NCBI GenBank assembly: GCA_009602735.1
Contig: WELA01002336.1
Coordinates: 187,853 to 229,291 of the forward strand
Direction: 5' to 3'
Length of the DNA stretch: 41,439 bases
DNA from: Mesotaenium endlicherianum
Taxonomy: Eukaryota
The position numbers and the translations under genes were made by a program. Below, one piece after another: positions 1 through 10,739 of the stretch. Every line of letters starts with the position of its first letter. The stretch's first letter is position 1. The notes below the pieces were generated by a model. The model was not told the DNA's origin and ran no database searches. It was given only the letters and a program-made list of their open reading frames with translations.

Positions 1-367
1 CCTGCTATTTAGCAGTGCTTTCGTGCAGCTCTTGTGTGCTCTCGTCACGTTCCGAACTCTTCCGAAGACTTTCAGTGCCACTTCGGTACGAATTCTGATG
101 AGAAGTTCTAGGAAGCGATGGGACCATGGATGGGACATGGTGGATTGACACGCGCTAAGAGAATACGTGGAAGGACATTTATAATCGCAGGCCGGATAGC
201 TTACAAATTAAAAACCACCGAGAAAGACCTGGTGAACACGGCTGCTGTGTCGATGAACGCGTGGATATCGACTTGTTTTGATTTAACAATTCATTTGTAT
301 GTCCATGAAATCTTCATATACATCTAAATGAGATAATGCAGGTTGGAATAAATTAAGAGTGCACGGA

Positions 368-1279
368 TGTCGCGACTACTATCCGTTTGACGGTGCCGCA
401 CGTGCAGCGCAAGCTACGGCCACCCAGGTACGGAAAGTCAACGTTGACTCACCGACCACTTGACTGATTTCGTCGCAGTCAGCGGTTATGTCAGCATCAA
501 GACCACTGGCAAGGGGTCAATGTCAATGTGCCCCACACCCAGGAATGGGGGAGATTTTGACAGCATAGACAGCCGTGAGACTAGAAGCTGGGGATCGGTG
601 ATGAGCCGCCCAGCAGGTACCAAGTCCACTATTGTGTGACTGGCAAATTATGCCAGGTCATGGCCGCAATGCCAAGATAGATTACGGCCGCTCGAGTGGG
701 AATCTTGAGCAAGTGGCATTTTCTTGTACACATTGTGCAGGAGCTCTTAGTCACGAGCCAATTAGGCGTGACTGCCAGTTGAGAAGCTAAGCAGCCACGC
801 GCGACAGTCACGAGGTGTGCATGCATGCTGAGTGACTACGAGTTTGAGTTGAGCATGGCTAGGCAGAAGCGACATGCAGCTAAGCTTTGTGACTAAGCAC
901 GGCATTCTCGAAGGATGACGCTGTGTGGTGCCTGCGAAAGGCACGAACCTTGCCTGAGACATGTCATTCACTCTCACGCACTTTTGCCAAGAAGCAGAGG
1001 AAGCAGAAGGAAGGAGAAGAAGGGCGCGAAGAAGAAGAAGGAGTTTCCAAGGCCATTGGAGGGCCGAGGCCCCACGCTTCTGCCGACGCTGAAGATTCTT
1101 CTCAGTGTATCATAGATAAGTTAGGATTGTAGGAGTTCCCAAGAGGGAATCTCACTGTTGACAGCAGGAGGACTGCAGAATAGAATCTGTTAGGAGATCA
1201 GCACGGATTCGGCCGAACGCCACAAGTGTTTGTGAAGCAGCCTTAAAATGGTGAGTTGTGTGTTGGTTTCCAGGTTCTG
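368..1279 (+). repeat. Left arm of a long diverged inverted repeat (LTR/TIR-like terminus, family C)
   Basis: Starts TGTCGCGACT. Colinear blocks match the reverse complement of 12928-13866: TTGACGGTGC.GCACG, CAGGTACGGA, CTCACCGACCA, TTTTGCCA..AAG, AAGGAAGGAGAAGAA, CTGCCGACGCT(T)GAAGAT, CGAAC.CCACAAG, GTGAGTT.TGTGTT. Homology stops near 1279, where the methyltransferase fragment starts. Confidence 0.75.
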
Positions 1280-1630
1280 ATTGAGAATGTACATCCAGGG
1301 ATGGATTATAACCAGATGAAGTCAGGAGATCCATGGCTGATTTTCGACTCCACCTTGGGTCATCATGTATTGATCAACGACGCCAGGCACGGAGGACTCT
1401 CACACCGGGCCAGACTATTCGGGACCAACAATATGTCCATTGAAATCGACGCACGACGGGGAAGCACAGTGGAGAGAGCCGACAGCTGAAGAGAAGGGAA
1501 GGTGCCTGGGTGTACCCAACTCCATTGCACAAGAAATTGTTGCGATGGTGGGATAGGACGACGCTGGGAAGATATTCGGCAATATGATTGGGCTTCACTC
1601 CATGACATGGTTGGTGGAGACGATTATGAC
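1280..1630 (+). pseudogene. Degenerate C5-cytosine DNA methyltransferase fragment (motifs VI, VIII, IX, X), transposon-borne
   Basis: Frame of ORF 1256: IENVHP (motif VI, ENV), then INDARHGGLSHRARLFGTN (motif VIII). After a frame change near 1440: WREPTAEEKGRCLGVP (motif IX), a TAG at 1554-1556, then DAGKIFGNMIGLHSMTWLVETI (motif X). Motifs I-IV are absent and the target-recognition region is largely deleted. Confidence 0.65.
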
Positions 1631-3340
1631 TTGGCAGCAGATGACGTTCTCTAACAAGCCTATGCCCAGGCCGAGACCAGTAACGATTGGAGTCCATGTG
1701 GTGCCAACCTCTGATCAGAGAGCTATCAGAGAAGCGCATCGGCGACAAGAAGAACATAGTGTTGAAAGGGACGCAGCTGAGGTTGACCAAGATGAAACAC
1801 TCAGAGAAACCAGAGTGGTGGAGCTGACCAAGTGTCAAGACCTATTGGCGCGAATTGACAATCGGATGGCGGCTCAACACGACCCTCTGGAAAGAGAGCT
1901 GCGAAGGCTGCGAGAAGACGTAGCCATGGAAGACCAGGCAACTGGTGCAGCAAACCCTTTGGTGAGCGCTGCAGCAAGCAAACCACAGGAGGTTCCATTA
2001 TCTGCAGAACGTGCCAGCCAGGTATTTGTGAGGATGCCGGAATGGGAGGACGACACCAATCTGAGTTACGAAATATGGCTCCAGACCAGGTCTACGAAAG
2101 CCCATCCCCAGACGCGGTAACGTCAAGATATGAAGAACGCCAGTGCAGTATTGGCGAATGGGCCGAAGAATGCAGTCAGAATTCTGGAAATTCTGGAGAG
2201 TCTGGAAAGACCATTTGCCTGGAGGTAATTTTTGAAGAACGCAGGAGGGAGACGGTCGAGAGATTGCCCGCTACACCTGTTCTGACGAACCCAGAGTCAG
2301 AGGCCAAGGGGCAACCACAAGACACAGTTGGCAGCACAGCTGAGTCGATTACCAGGCAAATCATGGAACAAGTGCTGGAAGCAGACGCCCCTCGACTCAA
2401 GGAAGAGAAAGTGGCGAAAGCAGCTCTCGCTCTACAGTCAGCCATCATCAACATGGTGAGGCTCAACACAGGAGGGGATGAAGAATTGCCGCCTCCTGGA
2501 ACAGAGAAGCCGGAGGAGGAAGAGGATGCAGAGATGCAAGGCCTCTCGGAGTTGGAGTTGCCATCACTCAACAATGAAGGGGACGCCAGGGAAGAAATTC
2601 CACGTTTTCCTACGCCAGAGTTGGATCAGTTTGACTTACAGGATCTGAGGACAGACGACTGGGTAGCTGATCACTTGATGGGACCAAGCCCGGCAGACCT
2701 TTATGAAGAACTAAGGTCACCAACATCCAGTACCCATACTGCCAGTTTTTCAGTGGCATAGCCTAAGTCAACAGTACGACCGCCGCAACGGCAGGAGGTG
2801 ACTGCCTGCACTGCTAAAGTGGAGACAGCCCAAGGTAAGCCCGAGAGTCGTGCAAACAGACCAAGGAAGGTGGCACGTGAGGGTAACGCATCTTTTAGAA
2901 GGATGCTAAAGCGATATTTCAAGCATAAGGGGAAGGTTTAGAGAAAGGACGTTCCGCGAGGAACCACAGCCCCACCTCCTCCGCCTCTGCGGGATATTCT
3001 ACAGAGAGAGAGAGAGGACGGCTTGATTCGCAGGGCAATGGCATTAGGCATCAGTATGCCGCCAGGCATTAACACGCCCTTGGTGCAACTATCAAACCTT
3101 AGGATGCAGAGGCCGGAGGCACCTGCTCCCCCGACACCTGCAATCCCAGAATGGGAACTGATGGATCTGAGAAACACCATCAGCCGCTTGACCGCAGCAG
3201 ACGATGCTTTCCTCACAAAACTAGCGGCACCTCAAAGGCCGCAAACATTGACGCAGGCATGGACGGTCACACCACCTGCATGGGAGGAGTATGGCACGAC
3301 CGTCGCCCGCATGGCTATTTTTGAGCAAGAATGGGGCTAG
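1631..3340 (+). pseudogene. Disrupted long low-complexity/coiled-coil ORF continuing from the methyltransferase (transposon accessory region)
   Basis: ORF 1584-2120 is in frame with motif X. One frameshift leads into the 2042 frame, which runs to 3340 through TAG stops at 2759 and 2939. The sequence is cut off by an LTR at 3350. No recognisable domain. Confidence 0.5.
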
Positions 3341-3349
3341 GTAATCAGC

Positions 3350-4068
3350 TGAAATGAATCGACTTACCAAATAGGCGATTAACAATTAATAAAGATCTTT
3401 ATATCAGCAAGTAATCTTTATGGTATTTCCGTTAACTAGTTAAACGGCAAAGGACAATACACTAGCAGGAAATAATACTCGTAAGTCAAATGCGAGTAAA
3501 CTAGCATCAATGATGCAAATCAGTAAACTCATACATAAGCAAGGTTAGAAGACAGTGCGTATCAATGGCTTCTCGCCTTGGATTCAGATCTCTCTCAGTA
3601 AGCTGTACAAGAGAGTTGGCCTCGTTTCCGAATGCCGAACTCGAGAGCAATGCCTAGCATATGTACATGGAATGAGTTTACTGTTCAACGGTCAGTGCGA
3701 TGGCACCGCCTACCCGGGAGTTAACCACGTTGGTAGGACCTCGGTTAACCAAATCCACCGCCATCTCCCATCATCCCGAATAGCCATCCATCATAGGGAT
3801 GTCATCTGGCTATTCATCTAGCATATCGCACTTAGATGCATATCAAGGCAGTTCGCTGCTACCGAGTACGGAAGTCAGCTGGCTGTCAAAGAATGTGTCA
3901 GCAAGCTGACTTAAGTGGACTTCAGCCTGCTGCTTCCTGCTGAGTCATTAAACTGATAATTATGTAAAGTCCAGCAGACTGACTATTAACTAAAGTTCAG
4001 CAGGCTGAACTTAATTAACTATTATATTTAAATGAATATTATATCCACTAATATACTGATTCATTACA
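3350..4068 (-). repeat. LTR (family A), 3' LTR position
   Basis: TG...CA ends (tgaaatg...cattaca). Direct repeat of 12223-12927, roughly 90% identical by eye. On the minus strand it is preceded by a polypurine tract. Confidence 0.9.
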
Positions 4069-4104
4069 ATCCCTCCAACTTAACTTGTTGTCGCCTCGAC
4101 AACA
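4069..4104 (-). other. Polypurine tract with preceding 8-bp hairpin
   Basis: Minus strand reads TGTTGTCG-AGG-CGACAACA-AGTTAAGTTGGAGGGAT directly before the LTR start TGTAATG. This is a Gypsy-type PPT arrangement. Confidence 0.7.
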
Positions 4105-4181
4105 TTAAACTGCAGAAATTTTAAATAAGGGAACTGAACCTGACCAGCCTCCCTTACTGACTGCCTCTTCAGCGTGTCACC

Positions 4182-6046
4182 TTAAGGGGTTGTTCCTGGG
4201 GCTTCAGGATCAGGAGACGGAGATCTGGACCTAGATCTGGACAGCCCTCTAGGTCTGTCAGCTGGCCTTCTAAAGAACCCTGTTTGCTCTAAAGTTGGCC
4301 CTCGAGGAGAACGGAGGATGGTGGCCTGCTCTTCAACCACTTGGGTGTTGATTCCCACATAGACAGGCATTCCAGTAGGATGCTGAAATACATTGGCTAG
4401 AGGTACATGCCCCTGAGCGGAGGGGGAGGCTGGCATACCTCTGGCCCACCCGCGTGTCCCTCTTCTGGCACCCCTGTCCTCTGGGGATTTCTGTCTGTGT
4501 CTGCTGCCCAGTACCGTCAGATCAGCTTCTTCCCCTGCTTGGGCAGGTGGGCTGGGGGAGCGAGCGCGGGGTCCAGTTGTCGCCATAACGGGGATCACAT
4601 TCCACACACCTGATCGTGGTTCTTTAGGAAGTGCCACTGCCTGTCCCTGGGTATCCTGAGTACCTGCTGCTGATGCTTCTCCTCTGCCTTGTTCTTCTTC
4701 CTCATCCTCCTCATCCTCCTCCTCGGAGAGAGTAGGGGTCTCGTCCACTAAGTCGTCCTGCTCCCTAGTAGACATGGAGTAGTCTACCGACCTCCCTTTC
4801 TTAGGGCGCGCTGGAGGTTGCTTGGCCTTCAGCCTACTGATATCTATCCGGCCTGCATTCTTTGCCCATTTGACAAAGGCATGCTTTCCCTTAGAGAAGT
4901 ACTCTCTTCCCCTCCTCCTATGTTCCTTGGTCTCTGCATTCATATTGCTCAGGCATCCATTCAGCCTGGGGTCCCAAGGGGCAATGTGAGGTGGTAGGAT
5001 GAGATAGCCGTCTAGGCCATAGTGGAAGTCATCCGGTTGGGCTCGGTCACACTCCTGCTTCTTATTTGTGACGGTCATCCACCTCCAGTCTGTTGGCTGC
5101 TGGTAGTACTGGGGTCCGTGCTCAGCCTTCCTCAGTTTACACGGGAACCAGTGGGGAGAGAACATCTGCTGTCCTGCTTCCCTGGCCAAGTACTCCCAGC
5201 TCCTTCTCTCAACTTCATTGTAAGCTGGCAGGAGTGTGAGGTAGAATACCGTATCCTTAAAGCTATCGGGCCGCATGCTCACCATCCGGATGAGTCTCTG
5301 ATCTCCCACTATTCCCGGTATGGGGACCGGCTTGTCCTCTGAATCATCTGCGAGATACCGGGCCTGCTCTGCTGTATAGCCCACCATCTTAGCATAATCT
5401 TCGTAAAGGACCACGCCGGTGTGTGTCTCGATGTACCTGTCCAGTGCTGTAGCTCCTTCCTTCTGTAGCAGTGTTGTCTGTTCCAGCCTGTTGATCTCCT
5501 GGGCTGCCAGCAATGCTTCCTTCAGGTTATCGAAGTTTTGGCCACCCACCACAGTATACCTGTAAGTGGCCAAGCTCTTCTGTCTGTCCGCTTCAATCTT
5601 TCTTCTTTTCTCCTCTTCTGCCGCTGCCGCTTCTTCTTGCTGTTTCTTCTGTCTTTCCCATAATCATTCCACATGTGGTAGTAGTGCTCATGTTCAAAAA
5701 ACGGCAAGAAATCAATGACATCCGGCCGTTCACGGGGCGCACGAGGCGACGGTGTTCGGCCGCGTGGAGAACGAGAGCAGGTAGGTTCGGGTGTGGTGTT
5801 CCGAAGTTCGGCGTGGGTGGGAGGTGTGGGTGACGAGCGTTCCGGCGACAATATCTCGTACGATCGAAGATCGACGGGTGATGAGCGCTGCGAGCCGGGC
5901 GGAGCCATCGGCGAATAAGTCGGCGACGGTCGAGTCGGCGCCGAGGCAACACGCGGCGAGATGCGAGGCCGGCGGGGTGAATGGTCGTCGATGTAGATGA
6001 TTTCGATCCGACGGCCGCGAGTCATCGCGAACCGGAAATGAATCAA
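4182..6046 (-). CDS. Retroelement-internal ORF of unknown function (about 620 codons if one frameshift near 5660 is repaired; 463 aa intact C-terminal part)
   Basis: ORF 5522-6046 (Ser/Pro/Arg-rich) joins the frame of 4182-5573 via LWERQKKQQEEAAAAEEEKRRKIEADRQKSLATYRY. It lies between a PBS (6160-6176) and a PPT (4069-4082). No gag CCHC, protease, RT or integrase motifs seen. Confidence 0.55.
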
Positions 6047-6159
6047 GGGCGAATCTACACAGAATCAAGAAAGCGGTTAGATTCGACGACAGAATCCGGC
6101 AGAAAATCCAACAGATTTTCTGGCCACTAAAAAAAATAAAATTTCCTTGGAGAAACCGA

Positions 6160-6176
6160 GATCGGCTCCGATACCA
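6160..6176 (-). other. Primer-binding site (tRNA-iMet type) of LTR family B
   Basis: Minus strand TGGTATCGGAGCCGATC, 1 nt after the LTR end CGTAACA. It resembles the canonical TGGTATCAGAGC. Confidence 0.85.
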
Positions 6177-6177
6177 A

Positions 6178-7119
6178 TGTTACGTTTTTTCTTTTCGAGA
6201 GGATCTTTCCTCGGTATTCAAGGAATATCTAATTCAAGTGGAAGGAGAATCTGTATAATTGTGTAAATCGACGAATACTCGAAAGAGCGAAAATGTAAAC
6301 TAACGTAGAATGTGTGCTTGTGAGAGTTGCACTCACAATGACTCTACAGGTATTTATACCTGCACAACATGAGGCACTGGAGTGCTTCGAGTCACCACCT
6401 AGGGCACTGGTTCATGTTCAACGAAAACAGTCGAAGGGACGTGTCCCATTCGGCCGAATGCTCGAAATGCGCCGTTTGGCGGTTTGGAGACTTTTCAATG
6501 GTTTTCAGAAAACCGGTTCGCGCCAAACGGGCTTTTCGCGTTCTCGCGACTTTTCGAGAAGTCGCGACTGTTCGCGGAGTCGCGTTCAAATAATTACGTC
6601 ATGAACCAGGAGTTACGAATAACTACTTGGCCAATTGATTTAGGTGTGAACGTTTCAAACGACAAGTCGCGGGTTCGAATCCGCGTCGATGCAAAGCGAC
6701 TTTGCATATTTCGTTTCGTTTGTCTTTACGACGGTTTGTTCGTATCTTGATACAACGGTTTGTTCGTATTAACGACTGGTCGTAAATTCGAAATCTGTGA
6801 TTGTGCATTGTCGAAATAATGACAATCAGATCAACTTAATCAATCAATGATTTAATAAGTTATCATCTCATAATTAATCAAAGTAACTTTTTGAATAATT
6901 ATGTCGTACTTTTGCGAAGTAGTCGAGTTACGTTACGACGCTTTTTGCAATAGTATCTCGGTCGTTTCGCCAATCGACCAGGAATTAATCGGCACACACG
7001 TGTGGCGAATAATTGAATATGATGCAATCATTTATCAAATAATATGATAAATAGTATAACGTACTTTAGGTAATTGGGAGAACGTCCCAAATACGCCTAA
7101 AATAGCTCGGATCGTTACA
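6178..7119 (-). repeat. LTR (family B), 5' LTR, 942 bp
   Basis: Minus strand TGTAACGATCCG...CGTAACA with short terminal inverted ends, followed by a PBS. It is non-coding and CpG-rich, and it abuts the truncated integrase of family A. Confidence 0.8.
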
Positions 7120-7124
7120 CCGTC

Positions 7125-10100
7125 TCAGCGTGTAGAGGTGAACTTTGAGTCTCTGTCCGAGATAATATTGGAGGGTAGCCCATGTAGGCATACTACATGG
7201 TTGTAGAACTGTCTCGCACGTTCGAGTGCAGTTACTTTGACAGTGGTGAGGATGGAAATGACAATTTTTGTCAATATATCCACTACTACCAGGATAGAAT
7301 CATGCCCATTGGCATTTCTTGGTAGTGTTACCACCCAGTCCATGGACATTGTTTCTCGTCGTCCAGCTGGAATGGAAAGTGGTTGTAATAGCCCTCCGGG
7401 TGGAGTGTATCTAGACTTGTTTTTCTGACACTGATGACAGGACTTCACATATTTCAGAACCTCCCGAGGCAACACTTCCCAGTGATAATGTTTTGCCAGT
7501 TTGCCAACAGTTTTGGCCTGCCCCAAATATCCTTCCAGTAAACTGTCATATGTCTGACTCAGTAATAAAGACCTTATTTCCAAGTTATTAGAAATTACCA
7601 ACTTAAGCCTGCCTGAAGTCGTTTCAGTTACCCAGACCCCTCCCTTCAGTCTATAACCGAGTGCAGTAGCAGGACACACACCATCAGTGGGGCTGGACTC
7701 AAATGTTCGGTCAACAAGGTAGGCTTTCCCAAGTCGTTCAAGAAAGGACTTTTTGACTTTAATGAAGTGAGTGCACAAAGGACTTTGTCTACAGCAGGTC
7801 AACTAAAGTTCCTTTCTTGCAAGTCAGGTCTTCTAGAGAGTGCATCACCAGGATTCAACTTCCCTGGTTTGTAGTCAATCTGGACTTGGAACTGCTCCAG
7901 CATCTGGCTCCAGCAATTTTCCCTTCTCGACAGCTTGGACTTCTTTTGAAAGTGAGTCAGAGATAGATGATTCGTAATCACCTTAAAAGCTTTACCATGT
8001 AAGTATGCTCTCCACTATTTGAGCACATGAATAATAGCAAGCAGCTCTTTATCATGCACAGAATAGTTAATTTCAGCTGGGTTGAATTTCATAGATTCAT
8101 ACAGCACCGGGTGCCACTCCTGCTTTACCTTACCATCCTTTGTGGTTTTGTCGGCAGGCTGCAACAAAATAGCACCCATGACAAAGTTAGAAGCATCAGT
8201 AACCACCTGCACTGGTTTGCTGAGGTCATACATAGCTAAGACTTGGGCAGAGCAGAGTGCATCTTTAAGGGTCTGGAAGGCAGCTTGCTGCTCTTCCCCC
8301 CACACATACCCTATGTCCTTCTTAGTAAGGTCAGTCAGTTTACTGGCCTTTGTAAAATAATTCTCAATGAATCTCCTATAGTCATTAGCCAACCCGAGGA
8401 AGGATCTAACTTCCGAGACAGACTGTGTGTAAGGTTATGAATGTGTAGTTTGTATCTTTCTAGTATTTTATGTGCATAGAGTGTGATTTTAGAGGAACTT
8501 TGGCCTTTATTTCAAGTCATTTGGACAAGTATTGAGAAAGTTGTGAATTTTGGAAGTTTTTAGTGAGTTTTTAATGTCACAGATTCTATTTAGTGACAAG
8601 GACAGGTCCAGTGACGAAAATTTCGGTTGGAGTCCAGGAAGTAGGGCATTGAAACATGAGGGTTCCAGAAACTACGTACAATTACGTAGAGTGCGAAAGT
8701 GATCGCGTAATTTTTAGAAACTCCGTGAGGAGTTAGTGAATTGTGTAGTGAAATATTATAGAGTGTGATTGTGTGCGTGTGAGTGTGCTAGCTTGTCCAA
8801 CTAGGCAAGGTCACCTACATGGAAGGAGCCATAGTAGAAGGTTCTGGAGGTACTTTGCTAGAGAGGACACTTAGAGTTAAAGGATAAATGGGAAGCATAA
8901 GGAAGAAAAGGGGGCTTAGTCTAGTCTAACCTTCTTATCTTGTACACGACTTTTCTTAATAAAGTGAGTTCTTTTCCACGCCTCTATCATGTAGCCCTCT
9001 AACCCTTGNAAGGGTGGCACACCACCAGGCCACTCCACCTTGTCTATGCAACTAGGAAAGGTCCTCGTGCACGCTTCCACTCGCGGGTGAGGGTGCGTGA
9101 GTGTGTGTGGGCGCACTCCCTGTACCCTTCCCCCTTTCACTGTGGTACTGGCCAGTCCCTTATGGTCTGGACTTTCTGAGGATCCACACTGATGCCTTCC
9201 TTACTGACAACGTGACCTAAGAATCCAATACTTCCCTCAAAAAATCACACTTGCTCATTTTAGCATATGATTGATTCTTTCTGAGAGTGTCCATTACTGT
9301 CTTCAAGTGTTCAGCATGCTCAGCTTCATTTTTAGAGAAAATTAGATGTCATCCAAAAAGACTTGCTCAAACTTGTCCCAGTAAAGTCTGAAAATGTCAT
9401 CCATAGCACCCATGAAGGTTGCTGGAGCATTAGTCAGTCCAAACGGCATCATATTAAACTCATAGTGTCCATAACGTGTGCGAAAAGCAGTCTTATGTTC
9501 ATCTCCCTTAGCAATTCTGATTTGATGATAACCACTCTTGAAATCAATCTTACTGAACACCTTAGCACCAGACAGTGTATCAAGCAAGTCCTCAATTCTG
9601 GGTAAAACACATTTGTTTCTTACTGTGATTCTGTTCAGAGCTTTGTAATCCACACACATTCGCATACAGCCATCCTTCTTCTTAACAAATAGGAGGGGTG
9701 CGTCATAAGTGGATTTACTGGGAGAAATGAAACCATTTTCCTCCAGCTCTGCAATCTGTGTTTTTAACTCTTCGGTATCCACATAAGACAAGCCATAGGT
9801 GCATTGCCAAGGTGGCTGACTTCGAGGTAATAAGTAATCTTATGGTCTATTTCCCTTTTAGGGGGCAATCTTGGAGGCATGTAAAAATATCAGTATACTG
9901 AGCAACCATTTTTGCAGCAGTACGGTGCTCCCGAGGGCTCACCTTTTTCTCAACAATTTTTCAGATTGAGGAGGTTGCTCTTTTAGCAGCAGACATAAAT
10001 TCTGTTTTCCTTCTGGTTCCAGCTTTCGATGAACTCCATTGCATTCAGCAATTTGCATCCTCCTGGAAGCCTTTTCTTTCCTTTCATTTGCCATCCATAC

Positions 10101-10480
10101 AGGACAAGAGGAAGAGCACTGGTGGGTGCCAAGTCAGTCAGCCCATCATTGGCTCCTCTCACTTTAACTGTACCTCTGCTCCAACACACTTCAGCTTGAT
10201 GTCTATTAAGTCAGGACCTTCCTAGCACAAGATCATAAAAGCCAGTGTTGAGTACCTCAAATGTAAGCGTTTCAGTTAGAATTGCAATGCCAGAACCTAA
10301 TCGGACCTCAATAGGCTTGGTTATAACTCCTCCCGGGGTACTTGAGGCATCTCCAAGGAATATTTTTCTATTCCCTTGGATGACAGTAGGCAGCCTTAGC
10401 CGCTCAACAAAGTCCTTATGGATAAAAGTATGTGACGCCCCTCCGTCAACAAATGGCCTCACCTTCCTACCAGCAATCAT
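7125..10480 (-). pseudogene. pol: Gypsy pol pseudogene: aspartic protease, reverse transcriptase, RNase H, integrase (3' truncated)
   Basis: [138 protein letters not shown]. Interrupted by the solo LTR at 8428-9139. Confidence 0.92.
8428..9139. mobile_element. Solo LTR (family D, 712 bp) with perfect 5-bp TSD
   Basis: TGTAAGG...CCTTTCA flanked by CTGTG (8423-8427) and CTGTG (9140-9144). Removing it restores the pol frame [18 protein letters not shown]. Confidence 0.92.
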
Positions 10481-10739
10481 ACAATGCAGTAGGATAGAGG
10501 AGACTGACTTTTCCTGACTTTCGCATTGTTTCCTGACTTAGCAAAGAAATGTTGGACATCACGTGGAACAAGATCATCCAGAATGTGCACTCTCTGGGGA
10601 TCTATATTGCTGATGGTCTCCTTTATCTAGTTGTCAGGCATGCATAGTGAATCCGGTTTAGCAGGACCCATAATACCTGCTACGAAGGCAGCTAGTGACG
10701 ACTCACTATCTCTAGCATCCTCACAGTCAGTAGACTGGA

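Noticed and set aside
1143..1180. EGISLLTAGGLQ as methyltransferase motif IV
   Set aside because: It lacks the catalytic PC and lies inside the non-coding arm that aligns with 12928-13866.
7120..7133. TCAGCGTGT shared with 4169-4177 as a TSD or recombination scar
   Set aside because: Only 9 bp and not positioned at element termini; chance cannot be excluded.
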